From contig CAXXGJ010000018.1 of NCBI GenBank assembly GCA_963677895.2, positions 128,001 through 192,000 of the forward strand: a DNA stretch of 64,000 nt. The letters run 5' to 3'. The position numbers and the translations under genes were made by a program. The first letter of the stretch is position 1; each line of letters starts with the position of its first letter. A model generated the notes under the pieces. The model made no database searches and was not told where the DNA came from. It was given only the letters and a program-made list of their open reading frames with translations. Positions 40,568-50,811 of this stretch are shown in pieces. The stretch comes from Treponemataceae bacterium. GTDB taxonomy: Bacteria; Spirochaetota; Spirochaetia; Treponematales; Rectinemataceae.

Positions 40568-40667
40568 AGTGTTCCCCTATTTACTGCAGTTCGAAGGATG
40601 GTTTCCGCTAGCTCTACAATTACGCAAAGATAAAGGTAAAGTAGGTGTATACTAAAATATATCACAC

Positions 40668-40693
40668 ATCCTATATCATATATCTTATCATGA
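40668..40693 (-). promoter_or_regulatory. Putative GntR operator overlapping the -10 of the TPP-aminotransferase-asd operon
   Basis: TCATGATAAGATATATGATATAGGAT, 23/26 identical to 41674-41699; promoter TTGTCT-N17-TAAGAT. Confidence 0.75.
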
Positions 40694-40844
40694 CACTTTC
40701 AAATAGACAAGATAGAATTGAAGAAGTTTGAAAAATCGCCACGTTTCATATCATTCTGTACAGCTTATTGAATCGATGATATATTATATCGGAATAGAGA
40801 CTTCATTCGGATCTTAACGCTGAAAAGAAAGGCCTGGTGTCCAC

Positions 40845-41510
40845 ATGACGAGAAAAATAGTGACGCTTTCCATGCGCGACCAGATTTATGACGCGCTGCG
40901 GGATTCCATTCTCAAGAATGCCTATGCTCCCAATTCGGTGCTGCCGATCGATCGGCTGGCGGAGGATTTCGGCGTCAGCGCTACCCCGGTGAGGGAAGCG
41001 CTCGTACGGCTTGAGGCGGAAAGTCTCGTGACGCTCATTCCCAATAAAGGCGCCATAGTCACCGATATCCAGGCCGACGATATCCTCAACAACTGGGAGA
41101 TGAGGCAGCTCCTCGAACCTTACGCGGCGGGGAAAAGCGCCAGCCTGATCCCGGACAGCGAGGTGGAGGCGATACGCGGCGAGATCCTCAGCATTAAGCA
41201 ATCTCCCTTCAACAATGACCGATATGTGGCTTCGGACACTAAAATGCATGAGATTCTCTATATCCATCTGCCGAATACGTTTCTCAAGGATACGATCAGG
41301 CGAGTGCATCAGATGTCGATAAGGATTCGCTATTTCCCCGAGGATTCCCCGGCCATGCACGAGCAGATCGTCAACGAGGTCCTCCAGGAGCATCTTTCCA
41401 TCATCGAAGCGCTCAAGACCCGGGACCCGGCCAAGGTGTCCGAAAGCGTGCAGACACATCTTCGCAACGGCGAAAAGCGCGCCATGGCCGCGCTCCTCCG
41501 AAAGCGTTGA
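40845..41510 (+). CDS. GntR family regulator (FadR/FCD type)
   Basis: LAEDFGVSATPVREAL wHTH; EHLSIIEALKTRD FCD end. Confidence 0.93.
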   Translation: MTRKIVTLSMRDQIYDALRDSILKNAYAPNSVLPIDRLAEDFGVSATPVREALVRLEAESLVTLIPNKGAIVTDIQADDILNNWEMRQLLEPYAAGKSASLIPDSEVEAIRGEILSIKQSPFNNDRYVASDTKMHEILYIHLPNTFLKDTIRRVHQMSIRIRYFPEDSPAMHEQIVNEVLQEHLSIIEALKTRDPAKVSESVQTHLRNGEKRAMAALLRKR

Positions 41511-41673
41511 CCTGGGCGGCGCGCCGAAAGGCAGGCCGCTTTCAACCGTTCTCTTCCTTTATATCCGCGTCCATCGACGTAAGATTCCCTATTCCCAAGA
41601 GATTTCTTCCCGGTTCATGGATTTTCCAAATACCGAAAATCTTCATTTTTTGTACCTTGCGTGATAGATGAAC

Positions 41674-41699
41674 TCATGATATTATTTATGATATAGGAT
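41674..41699 (+). promoter_or_regulatory. Putative GntR operator overlapping the -10 of the TRAP operon
   Basis: TCATGATATTATTTATGATATAGGAT; promoter TTGCGT-N17-TATTAT; GATATAG tandem repeats continue downstream. Confidence 0.75.
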
Positions 41700-41806
41700 A
41701 TAGGATATAATTATCTATAACCCGGAGGCCGAGTATCCGAACATAAGGCCAATGGGAAGGCTGCCCGCGACGAGCGGGCTAAAGCAATGTAAAGATAGGG
41801 GGAACT

Positions 41807-43822
41807 GTGGGTATCAATGGTTTGAAGAAGATGAAGAAAACGCCGGTGGTCGTAGCGGACACCGACGAGATGCTCGAGGATACCGAGGCGGAGTACAACT
41901 ACCGCAAGAAATTCACCGACAAATGGCTCAAGATCATCATGGTGATTTCAGTGCTCTTCATCGGCTACCAGCTCGTCACGGCGGGATTCGGCATGCCCGA
42001 GGTCCTGAAGCACAACGCTATCCATTTAGGCTTCCTGCTCGCGCTGACATTTCTTTACTTTCCGGCCAGCAAGGCGTCGCCACGCGCGAGGCCGAGTACC
42101 CTGGATATCATTCTTTCGGTGATTTCGACGATTTGCGCCGTCTATACGGTCATCAATCGCGATTCTTACCTCCTGCGCAGCGGCATTCCCAATTTGCCCG
42201 ACTACATCTTCGGCTGCATCACGATGGTCCTCGTGCTCGAGGCGACCCGACGCACCGTCGGCGGTCAGATGCTCTGGATCAGCATCATCTGCCTCGTCTA
42301 TATGTGGGCAGGTCCATGGATGCCCGGCGTCTTCTCCCACAGGGGAACGTCGGTGCCGCGAATCATCCAGGCCATGTATCTGGGAGGCGATGGCATCTAC
42401 GGCATGCCCCTCAGCGTATCGGCTACGTATCTGATAATTTTCGTCATTCTCGCGGCTATCCTCGACAAAAGCGGCCTCGGGAAACTATTCAACGATTTGG
42501 CCATGGGCTTGGGCGGGCGCTTTACCGGAGGCCCGGCTAAAGTGTCGGTTATCGGCAGCGCCCTAGTCGGCATGATATCGGGCAGCGCGGCTTCGAACGT
42601 CGCGACGGTCGGCTCGTTCACCATCCCTCTGATGAAGAAAGTCGGCTATCCGCCAGTTTTCGCCGGCGCCGTCGAAGCGGCCGCCTCCACGGGCGGGCAG
42701 ATCATGCCGCCCATCATGGGTTCCGCCGCTTTCATCATGGCTGAGTACCTCGGCATTCCCTACCTTACTATCGCGGCCGCCGCTGTAATCCCCGCTCTTA
42801 TGTTCTTCGGCAGCGTCTTCTTCCAGGTCGATCTGCGCGCCCGCTCCCTCAAGCTAAGGGGGCTCACCAAGGAAGAAATGCCCGATGTCAAGAAAACGGT
42901 GATGCGTTACGGCCAGATGATCATCCCGATGCTCGTCCTGGTCTGGCTCATGATGCAGGGCCGCACGGCGCTCTATTCGGCCTTCTTCGCCGTCTGCCTC
43001 ACCGTCGTGCTCTCCTGGATAAGAAAAGAGACGAGAATCGGTGTCAAGGAAGCGAAGACTGTCGCCGTCAACGCCGCGCGCTCCAGCCTGGCCATCGGCA
43101 TCTCGATGGCTGCCGCCGGCTTCATGATCGCGGCTTTCTCCATGACTGGCCTCGGCATTATCCTCGCCGACAGCATCGTGGCGATCTCCGGAGGGCACCT
43201 CATGGTCGTCCTCATTCTCACCATGGTCGTTGCGATCATCCTGGGGTTGGGGCTTCCTACGAGCGCCTGCTACGTAATCACGGCTTCGATCTGCGCGCCT
43301 ATCTTGATAAAAGTCGGCCTGTCTCCCTTCCAGGCCCACTTCTTTGTCTTCTATTATTCCTGCCTCTCCACCGTCTCGCCGCCGATCGCCCTCGCGGCAT
43401 ATGTCGCGGCGGGTATCGCCAACGCCAACACCGACAAGGTCGGCTGGATGGCCTTCAGGCTCGCGCTCGCCGGCTTCATCGTACCTTTCTTCTTCATCTA
43501 CCAGCCCGGAATGCTTCTTATGGGTCCGGACGCGGCAGGAAACCTTGTCCTGAATGGCGCGAGCACGCTCAACATAATCATGTCGGTCATTTTCGGCCTC
43601 CTTGGCACCTGGTTCCTCGCTGTCTCGGTTGAAGGCTACTTCCTTATCAAGTTCCCCGTGTGGGTCCGCCCCATCTTCTTCATCGGCGCGATTCTCCTGA
43701 TAGCGCCTGGACTCACCTCGAGCCTGATCGGTTTGGCTGTTTCGGCGGTCGGAATAGCCATCATCCTGCTCATCAGGAAAAAGCAGGGAAATACTGGCAC
43801 CGGAACGCCGGTCGCCGCGTAA
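41807..43822 (+). CDS. TRAP transporter fused 4TM/12TM permease
   Basis: GGPAKVSV, SGSAASNV, EAAASTGGQIMPPIMG, GLPTSACY, SPPIALA. Confidence 0.95.
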   Translation: MGINGLKKMKKTPVVVADTDEMLEDTEAEYNYRKKFTDKWLKIIMVISVLFIGYQLVTAGFGMPEVLKHNAIHLGFLLALTFLYFPASKASPRARPSTLDIILSVISTICAVYTVINRDSYLLRSGIPNLPDYIFGCITMVLVLEATRRTVGGQMLWISIICLVYMWAGPWMPGVFSHRGTSVPRIIQAMYLGGDGIYGMPLSVSATYLIIFVILAAILDKSGLGKLFNDLAMGLGGRFTGGPAKVSVIGSALVGMISGSAASNVATVGSFTIPLMKKVGYPPVFAGAVEAAASTGGQIMPPIMGSAAFIMAEYLGIPYLTIAAAAVIPALMFFGSVFFQVDLRARSLKLRGLTKEEMPDVKKTVMRYGQMIIPMLVLVWLMMQGRTALYSAFFAVCLTVVLSWIRKETRIGVKEAKTVAVNAARSSLAIGISMAAAGFMIAAFSMTGLGIILADSIVAISGGHLMVVLILTMVVAIILGLGLPTSACYVITASICAPILIKVGLSPFQAHFFVFYYSCLSTVSPPIALAAYVAAGIANANTDKVGWMAFRLALAGFIVPFFFIYQPGMLLMGPDAAGNLVLNGASTLNIIMSVIFGLLGTWFLAVSVEGYFLIKFPVWVRPIFFIGAILLIAPGLTSSLIGLAVSAVGIAIILLIRKKQGNTGTGTPVAA

Positions 43823-43897
43823 TGGATCCTCGCCGGGGCCAATGCCCCGGCATGGTATATGAGAAATGAGCATTTTCTATTTTTTCAAGGAGGACGT

Positions 43898-44866
43898 ATG
43901 ATGAAGAATTCTGCGAAAATCGCCGTCATCGCGGCGCTTCTCGTGCTGGCCGGCTCGGTGGCTTTTGCCGCCCCGATCAAGCACCTCACCATGGGCACCG
44001 CTGGTGTCAGCGGCACCAACTATCCCACGGGCATCGCCATGTGCCAGCTCTGGAACCAGAACATCGACGGCATCAAGGCAGTCGCCATAGCGACGAACGG
44101 CAGCCCTCACAACATCGACCTGCTCCGCACCCGGGACATCGACGTCGCTCAGTGCAGATCCCTCGAGGCTTTCCGCGCCACCAACGGCACGGCCCCCTAT
44201 CCCGAGAAGATGCCCTGGATCCGCGCCATCTCCGGCGGCCTCTTCGCTGACGTGTTCCAGGTCGTGGCTCGCAAGAGAAGCGGCATCACTTCGGTTGCCG
44301 ATTTCAAGGGCAAACGCATCGCGGTGGGTCCGGTAGGTTCCGGCGGTGAAGTCGATGCCCGCGAAACGCTCGCGGCCTATGGCCTCACCTACAAAGACAT
44401 GAAAGTCAGCTTCGTCGAATATACCCAGGGCGTCGAAATGCTCCAGGACGACCAGGTCGACGGCGCCATCCTCGGCCTCGCCCTCGGCGCGTCCGGAATG
44501 ACCGAGCTCATGCTGGACAACAAGACCATCCTTGTCCCGATAACCGACCAGGCTCTCGCGAACCTAAAGAAGGTCAACCAGTTCTACATGAGGCGCATGA
44601 TTCCGGCCAACACCTACCCGAATCAGCCGAACGCGGCCGCCACCGTCGGCACGCCTCCCGATGTCATCATCGTGCGCGACGACATGGATGCCGATCTCGT
44701 CTACAAAATGACGAAGACGCTCTATTCGAACCTTCCGACGATTCAGGCCGTTTCCGCCAATCTCAAGCAGTTCACGAAGGATCTCGTGCTCCCCGACGAC
44801 CAGATGCTCGTACCCTATCACCCCGGTGCCAGGAAGTACTTCGTCGAGCAGGGCTGGCTCAAATAA
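43898..44866 (+). CDS. TAXI family TRAP solute-binding protein
   Basis: GTAGVSGTNYP, ATNGS..NI, GPVGSG, PYHPGA; signal peptide; SD AGGAGG. Confidence 0.92.
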   Translation: MMKNSAKIAVIAALLVLAGSVAFAAPIKHLTMGTAGVSGTNYPTGIAMCQLWNQNIDGIKAVAIATNGSPHNIDLLRTRDIDVAQCRSLEAFRATNGTAPYPEKMPWIRAISGGLFADVFQVVARKRSGITSVADFKGKRIAVGPVGSGGEVDARETLAAYGLTYKDMKVSFVEYTQGVEMLQDDQVDGAILGLALGASGMTELMLDNKTILVPITDQALANLKKVNQFYMRRMIPANTYPNQPNAAATVGTPPDVIIVRDDMDADLVYKMTKTLYSNLPTIQAVSANLKQFTKDLVLPDDQMLVPYHPGARKYFVEQGWLK

Positions 44867-44896
44867 GTCCTGACGATCGATAGAAACCGCTGATTG

Positions 44897-44934
44897 GGGC
44901 GACCCGCGATGCATTCGCGGGTCGCTCTTTTTTT
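44897..44934 (+). terminator. Rho-independent terminator after the TAXI gene
   Basis: GGGCGACCCGCGA-TGCAT-TCGCGGGTCGCTC followed by a T-run. Confidence 0.85.
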
Positions 44935-44952
44935 GCATTCGCCCTCTCTTTG

Positions 44953-46623
44953 TCAGCGGATGTTTTCCGGTTCCCTGTATCCCGACTGTCTCTGGTGTGG
45001 ATAATCCCAGGTCTCCGACGGCAGGAAAGTCTCTTTGATCGTCCTCACCGAAGTCCAGCGGAGGAGATTGAAGACGCTTCCCGCCTTGTCGTTGGTGCCC
45101 GAGGCCCTCGCCCCGCCGAAAGGCTGCTGGCCGACGACGGCTCCCGTCGACTTGTCGTTGATGTAGAAGTTGCCGGCGCAGTCCGAGAGGGCATCCGACA
45201 TTTTCTCGATCACCTTCCTGTCGTTAGCGAATATAGACCCCGTCAGCGCGAAAGGGCTTGTGGCGTCCACCAAAGCCAGCGTTTCTTCGAACTTGTCGCC
45301 GTCGTAGACGTAGACCGTCAGGATCGGGCCGAAAATCTCCTCAGTCATGAGCTTGCCCGCTGGATTGTTCGTCTCGATTATGGTCGCCGGTATGAACCAG
45401 CCTTCGCTGTCGTCGCAGTCGCCTCCAACGATGAATTTGTATTCGTCAGGCTTGGCCTTGGCGTAGTCGATGTAGGAAACGATGTTCCTGAAGGCTTTTT
45501 TATCGATGACCGCCCCCATGAAGGTGGAAAAGTCCGCGACATCGCCCATGGCGGCGGACTCCGCGAATCCGACGAGCTTGTCCCGAACCCGCGGCCAGAT
45601 GGAGCGGGGTATATAGGCGCGGCTTGTGGCCGAGCATTTCTGCCCCTGGTATTCGAAAGCGCCGCGGAACAGCGCCACCGACAGAGCCTGGACATCGCAG
45701 TCCTCGTGGGCGATGAGAAAATTCTTGCCGCCCGTCTCCCCGACGATGCGGGGGTATACTTTATATCGATTCGCCGCGAGGTTATTCGCTATGTCGACCC
45801 ACATCGCGTTGAAGGTGGAGGTGGAGCCCGTGAAGTGCAACCCAGCGAAATGTCGGCTGGCGATGGCCGGCCCGCCGACGCTGGCCCCGTCGCCCGGAAC
45901 GAAATTGATCACCCCGGGAGGCAGGCCGGCCTCCTTCAACAGCTCCATGATATAATAATTGGAGAGCACCGCGGAGCTGGCCGGCTTCCAGACGACCGTG
46001 TTGCCCATCATGGCGGGAGCCGTCGGCAAATTCCCGCAGATGGACGTGAAGTTGAAAGGCGTCACGGCGAAGACGAAACCCTCGAGGGGCCTGTACTCCA
46101 GCCTGTTCCATGTCCTCTCCCCGTTATGCTCGGGCTGCATGGCATAGATTTGCCGGGCATAATGAACATTGAAGCGGAAGAAATCGATCAGCTCGCATGC
46201 CGAGTCGATCTCCGCCTGGTAGACGTTCTTGCTCTGTCCCAGCATGGTCGCCGCGTTCAGCTTCTGGCGGAACCGTGTGGACAGAAGGTCGGCAGCCTTG
46301 AGGAATATCGCGGCCCTGGCCTGCCAAGGCATACTCTTCCATTCGGCCCGGGCTTCGACCGCTTTTTCGGCCGCCATGGCAACCATCGCGGGGCTCGCCT
46401 TGTGATAGGTCGCCAGCAAGGCCTTATGGTTGTGGGGCGAACGTATTTCGCCCATAAGTCCGGTGCGAATTTCTTCGCCCCCGATTATCAATGGTATTTC
46501 GATTGGGCTGGATCCCTGGCGCGCAAGCTCGAGGGCGAGCGCTTCCGTTTCGGGACAATCCGGCGCGTAATTGTAGACGTGTTCGTTGCGCGGAAAGGGT
46601 GAGGAAAAAATCCCGTCCTGCAT
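44953..46623 (-). CDS. pruA: L-glutamate gamma-semialdehyde (P5C) dehydrogenase
   Basis: PFNFT, HFTGST, GETGGKNF, YQGQKCSA, EEIFGP, QQPFGGARASGTNDKAG; SD AGGAGG. Confidence 0.95.
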   Translation of the reverse strand: MQDGIFSSPFPRNEHVYNYAPDCPETEALALELARQGSSPIEIPLIIGGEEIRTGLMGEIRSPHNHKALLATYHKASPAMVAMAAEKAVEARAEWKSMPWQARAAIFLKAADLLSTRFRQKLNAATMLGQSKNVYQAEIDSACELIDFFRFNVHYARQIYAMQPEHNGERTWNRLEYRPLEGFVFAVTPFNFTSICGNLPTAPAMMGNTVVWKPASSAVLSNYYIMELLKEAGLPPGVINFVPGDGASVGGPAIASRHFAGLHFTGSTSTFNAMWVDIANNLAANRYKVYPRIVGETGGKNFLIAHEDCDVQALSVALFRGAFEYQGQKCSATSRAYIPRSIWPRVRDKLVGFAESAAMGDVADFSTFMGAVIDKKAFRNIVSYIDYAKAKPDEYKFIVGGDCDDSEGWFIPATIIETNNPAGKLMTEEIFGPILTVYVYDGDKFEETLALVDATSPFALTGSIFANDRKVIEKMSDALSDCAGNFYINDKSTGAVVGQQPFGGARASGTNDKAGSVFNLLRWTSVRTIKETFLPSETWDYPHQRQSGYREPENIR

Positions 46624-46814
46624 GATGAGCCTCCTTTCCAAGCATGGGAGATCCGCCTCTTTCGGGACGAACCCATTGGCTTATCCCCATAGAGCCGATC
46701 CAGTGGAAGGAAGGGTCCTTAGGCGGTAAAAGCTTCAGAGCATCGAGGAAAATGTATCATTATATGCGGAGGGAGAACAGCCAGGCGGCCATTATCTTAC
46801 CGGCAGCCGCTATT

Positions 46815-48653
46815 TTACGGGCGGACATTATTTATGGGCAGCCGGATCGTGAACACAGAACCTTCTCCCGACCAGCTCTCCGCCTGCACCGAGCCGCCGT
46901 GGGCTATGGCGATATGGCGCACGATGGCGAGCCCCAGGCCCGTTCCGCCGGATTTCCTGTCCCGTGATTTGTCGGCTCGGTAGAAACGCTCGAAGATGCG
47001 CTCCAGATCAGGGGCGGGAATTCCAGATCCCCTGTCCCTGACGCGCATCTCGACGAGACCGTTTTTGGCTTCCGCTTCGAGCGTCACAGAAGAGCCCAGC
47101 GGCGAATATCGTATGGCGTTTTCGAGAAGATTGGTGAGCGCCTGCTCGACGAGGCCCGGGTTGGCCGTAAGGCGAAGGCCGCTCTGGATGGCGGATTCCA
47201 GCCGTATCGACTTCAGTTCGGCCTGATTTTTCACGTTCTCGAAAGCCGCCATGCCTATGTCCTCAACGAGACAGGATTCCAGGCTGAGCCATCCGGAAGG
47301 GTCCTTTTCGAGCCTGGCCAGGGACAGAAGATCCTCGACGATCCTTTCCATACGAAGCGCGTTCCTCTCGATTATCTCGAGGTATCGATCCGACGCTTCG
47401 CCCTCATAGCCACCAGAGCGGAGGGTTTCCGCGAAACCGCGGATGAGGTGGATAGGCGTGCGCAGCTCGTGCGAAACATTCGCGACGAAATCGGTGCGCA
47501 TGGTTTCAAGCCGTTTCATCATGCTTATATCGCTGATCGCGAGGACGATGCCCTGCTTTTCCGCGCCGCCTAGTAGCGACGCGTTGACCTGCACGATCTT
47601 TTCGCTTCCGGGATAGAGATTCACCTCATCGGCGACAGCCGTGCCCGAAGCGATGCAACGGTTCGCGATCGACACGAGGCCCGAGGTTCCGGCAATTTGG
47701 GAAAGGAGAAGGCCGGGGAGGGTTCCCCGCTCGGCGCCCAGCATCGCGTGGGCGGCGGGATTGGCCTCGATGATTTTGAGGCGGTCGTCGAGCGCCATGA
47801 TGGCCTCGCCCGCCGAATCGAGAATCGCCGAAAAGCGTTTGCCCAAAGCCTCGGCCTCAGCCGCCCTTTTGTTTAGGTCGGCGGCCATCGAATCGAGGGA
47901 TTCTTCCAGAACCTTCAGTTCGCGCGGCATGTGGTCGGCTTGACCGCGCCGGGAAGCGTTCAGGGAATCGTGCCGGGAAGCCGCGCGAGTCTCCGCCACG
48001 GTATCCGATTCCATGCCGCCTTTCGCGTAACGCCGGGCTCGGTCGGAAAGCAGGACCACGGGACGATCGAGGATGCGCACCAGGGCCGCGCTCCCGGCGA
48101 GGGCGGCGAGGGCGGCGGCGAGCGCGGCCAGGATCATGGATCTTTGGGCGTCGCCGAGGCTTTCCATGAGGCCCGGGAGGGGAAGGGCCAGGCGCAGGGC
48201 GCCCGTTATGGTTTTTCCGTCCAGAGAGCGCAGCGGAATGGCCGCGTAAAGCATCCATTCGCCCAAGGTCGTCGAGAGACGTCTGGACCAGGAAGCCCTG
48301 CCCGCGAGAGCGCCGGCGACTTCGGGTCGGTCGGAATGGTTGGACATCGAAATGGAATCGGCGCTTGAATCGCCCGCGACCTTCCCCGAAACGTCGATCA
48401 GCGTAACTCTATAGCCCGATTCGGCTCCGATACGGGCGCAGAAAAAGGCGGCCGTACCGGGATTCGAAGTCGAATTCCAGTCCTCGGGCAGAAAAGCGGC
48501 CGCCGCCGCGGCGGCCCGTTCAAGACCGTCGGCGTTCGACCTGATGTACGCTCTCTCGGAGATAGCTATGCTGAGCGCGAGGACGAGGACAGCCACCGCG
48601 AGGACGGCCGCCGAAATAACCGCCAGACTCCTGGCGAAAAGGCTCCGTCTCAC
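46815..48653 (-). CDS. phoR: Phosphate regulon sensor histidine kinase
   Basis: TM/PAS, FVANVSHELRT, NLLENAIRY, GGTGLGLAIV; located in the pst operon. Confidence 0.9.
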   Translation of the reverse strand: MRRSLFARSLAVISAAVLAVAVLVLALSIAISERAYIRSNADGLERAAAAAAAFLPEDWNSTSNPGTAAFFCARIGAESGYRVTLIDVSGKVAGDSSADSISMSNHSDRPEVAGALAGRASWSRRLSTTLGEWMLYAAIPLRSLDGKTITGALRLALPLPGLMESLGDAQRSMILAALAAALAALAGSAALVRILDRPVVLLSDRARRYAKGGMESDTVAETRAASRHDSLNASRRGQADHMPRELKVLEESLDSMAADLNKRAAEAEALGKRFSAILDSAGEAIMALDDRLKIIEANPAAHAMLGAERGTLPGLLLSQIAGTSGLVSIANRCIASGTAVADEVNLYPGSEKIVQVNASLLGGAEKQGIVLAISDISMMKRLETMRTDFVANVSHELRTPIHLIRGFAETLRSGGYEGEASDRYLEIIERNALRMERIVEDLLSLARLEKDPSGWLSLESCLVEDIGMAAFENVKNQAELKSIRLESAIQSGLRLTANPGLVEQALTNLLENAIRYSPLGSSVTLEAEAKNGLVEMRVRDRGSGIPAPDLERIFERFYRADKSRDRKSGGTGLGLAIVRHIAIAHGGSVQAESWSGEGSVFTIRLPINNVRP

Positions 48654-49363
48654 GGCGTGCCCCTGAATCTATACCCAATGCCCCGCACCGTTTCGATGAA
48701 GGCGCCCTCGTCGCCCAGTTTCCGCCTCAGCGAAAGGATATGAACGTCAAGGGAGCGGTCGGTGACGGGATAATCGTCGCCCTTCGTTTTCGCGATGGCC
48801 TGCGCCCTCGTAAACACTCGTCCAGGTTCGCGCATCAGAAGCTCGAGAAAGGCAAATTCCGTAGCGGAGAGGTTTATGGGTCTTCCCCTCGCGAATACCT
48901 CGTGCCGCATTGGATCGAGGACTATCCCCGAAACCTCCAGGGAATCGCTCTTTTTTTCCGTCTTGCCTTCGACGCGCCTGAGAAGCGAACGGATTCGGGC
49001 GACGAGAACCTTGGGGCTGAAGGGTTTGGCTATGTAGTCGTCCGCGCCGAGGTCGAGACCGACGACGACGTCCGCTTCCTCCCCGCGCGCGGAGGCGATG
49101 ATGACGGGGAGTACGGCGCTTTTCGGCCGCGAGCGCAGCGCGCGCAGGACGGCGAGGCCGTCCATGCCGGGGAGCATGAGGTCGAGGACGCAGAGGCTGA
49201 AATCGTTTTCCGCCATGAGGGCAAGGGCTTTTTCGCCGTTTTCGGCATTGAGACTCAGCCAGCCTTCCTTGCGGAAGGAGACCGCGAGAAGCTCAGCGAT
49301 ATCAGGATCGTCTTCCACGATAAGAATTGTCGGACCATCCATTCCGCTTCCCTCCTCATTCAT
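48650..49363 (-). CDS. phoB: OmpR-family response regulator
   Basis: REC (VEDD, DLMLPG, KPF) + wHTH (ETVRGIGY); located in the pst operon. Confidence 0.88.
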   Translation of the reverse strand: MNEEGSGMDGPTILIVEDDPDIAELLAVSFRKEGWLSLNAENGEKALALMAENDFSLCVLDLMLPGMDGLAVLRALRSRPKSAVLPVIIASARGEEADVVVGLDLGADDYIAKPFSPKVLVARIRSLLRRVEGKTEKKSDSLEVSGIVLDPMRHEVFARGRPINLSATEFAFLELLMREPGRVFTRAQAIAKTKGDDYPVTDRSLDVHILSLRRKLGDEGAFIETVRGIGYRFRGTP

Positions 49364-50015
49364 TCAGTCCCACCCGCGTACCCTTCACCATGAAGACGAT
49401 ATCCTCGCAGGCATTGGTCATGTGGTCGCCCAGCCTTTCGAGGTAGCCCGAGGTGGTGAGGAGCTTGGCGGCTCGCTCTGCCTCCTGGGGTCTTTCGCGC
49501 ATCATGGCGAGCACATCGTTGATCAGGGCCTTGTGCTCGCCATCCACGATATCATCCATCGCGGCCGCGCTCAACGCCAGTTCGACCGAGCGGTCGCAGA
49601 AGGCCTTGGCCGTGTCCCGCATCATGGTTCCGTCGATCTCCGCCATGTGGGCCAGGCGTTCGATCATGCGCGACTTGGGTTCGCCCGCGAACTTGCCCGT
49701 AGCCTTGGCCAGGTGCACCGCGTAATCGGCCGCGCGTTCGTAATCGGCGGCGATCTTGGACGCGGCGACGAGGATCCTCAAGTCTCCCGCCACGGGCTGC
49801 TGGGTGGCGAGAGCCACGGCGACGAGGTCCTCGATATCCACCTGGAGGCGGTCGATCTCGGCGTCGCCTTTTTTCACTTCCTTCACGAGGTCCATGTCCT
49901 GGTTCCGGATGGCGAGGGAAGCCTTCAGGAGGGCTTCCTCGGCCTTCGCCGCTATGAGGGTCACTGCCTCGTCAATCTTCGCGAGGTCTTCGGTCAATCT
50001 GGTCCTGTCGGTCAT
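49356..50015 (-). CDS. phoU: Phosphate signalling complex protein PhoU
   Basis: QQPVAGDLR, ERAADY, ERLGDH. Confidence 0.94.
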   Translation of the reverse strand: MTDRTRLTEDLAKIDEAVTLIAAKAEEALLKASLAIRNQDMDLVKEVKKGDAEIDRLQVDIEDLVAVALATQQPVAGDLRILVAASKIAADYERAADYAVHLAKATGKFAGEPKSRMIERLAHMAEIDGTMMRDTAKAFCDRSVELALSAAAMDDIVDGEHKALINDVLAMMRERPQEAERAAKLLTTSGYLERLGDHMTNACEDIVFMVKGTRVGLNE

Positions 50016-50052
50016 TTTTCCGTCCTGTTATCCTGTCCGATTTTTCTGATTC

Positions 50053-50811
50053 TTAGCCGAAACGGCCCGAGATATAGCGTTCCGTGCGCTCGTCCTTCGG
50101 GGTGACGAAGAGCTGCCTAGTGGGAGCGTATTCGACCAAGTCGCCCGTCAGGAAAAAAGCCGTGCTGTCCGAAACGCGGCCAGCCTGCTGCATGTTGTGC
50201 GTCACGATGATGATAGTATACAGGCTTTTCAAGTCTTCCAGGAGAGATTCTATCTTGGCCGTCGAAAGAGGGTCGAGGGCGCTCGTCGGCTCGTCCATGA
50301 GGAGTATCTCGGGCTTGAGGGCGAGGGCACGCGCGATGCAGAGCCTCTGCTGCTGACCGCCCGAGAGGGCGTAGGCGCTGCGCTTCAATTTGTCCTTCAC
50401 CTCGTCCCATAGGGCGGCCTGCTTGAGGCTGGACTCCACCAGCTCGTCCATATCTCCCGTCCAACCATTGATGCGGGCGCCCCAGGCTATGTTTTCGTAG
50501 ATGCTTTTCGGGAAAGGGTTGGGCTTCTGGAAGACCATGCCTATGTTCCTGCGCACCTGGACGGCGTCGACGGCCGCGTCGTAGATATTGACGCCGTGGA
50601 AGAGCACCTGGCCGGTGGTCTTCGTGTCGGGAATGAGCTCGTTCATGCGGTTGAAGGCGCGCAGGGCCGTGCTCTTCCCGCAGCCCGAGGGGCCGATGAT
50701 GGCCGTCACCGAGCATTTCGCGAAAGTCATCGTCAGGTCGCGCACGCCTATGTGGCCGTCGGCGTATTCTATGGTCATGTTCCGCACGTCGAGTGCAATT
50801 TCATTGTTCAC
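50053..50811 (-). CDS. pstB: Phosphate ABC transporter ATP-binding protein
   Basis: [37 protein letters not shown] overlaps the pstA stop. Confidence 0.96.
   Translation of the reverse strand: MNNEIALDVRNMTIEYADGHIGVRDLTMTFAKCSVTAIIGPSGCGKSTALRAFNRMNELIPDTKTTGQVLFHGVNIYDAAVDAVQVRRNIGMVFQKPNPFPKSIYENIAWGARINGWTGDMDELVESSLKQAALWDEVKDKLKRSAYALSGGQQQRLCIARALALKPEILLMDEPTSALDPLSTAKIESLLEDLKSLYTIIIVTHNMQQAGRVSDSTAFFLTGDLVEYAPTRQLFVTPKDERTERYISGRFG

Noticed and set aside
44950..46602. 550-aa plus-strand ORF, and similar long ORFs at 6592-8100, 28528-30297, 50793-52148 and 18054-19337
   Set aside because: They are antisense shadows of well-supported genes, caused by high-GC codon bias; no recognisable motifs or SD.
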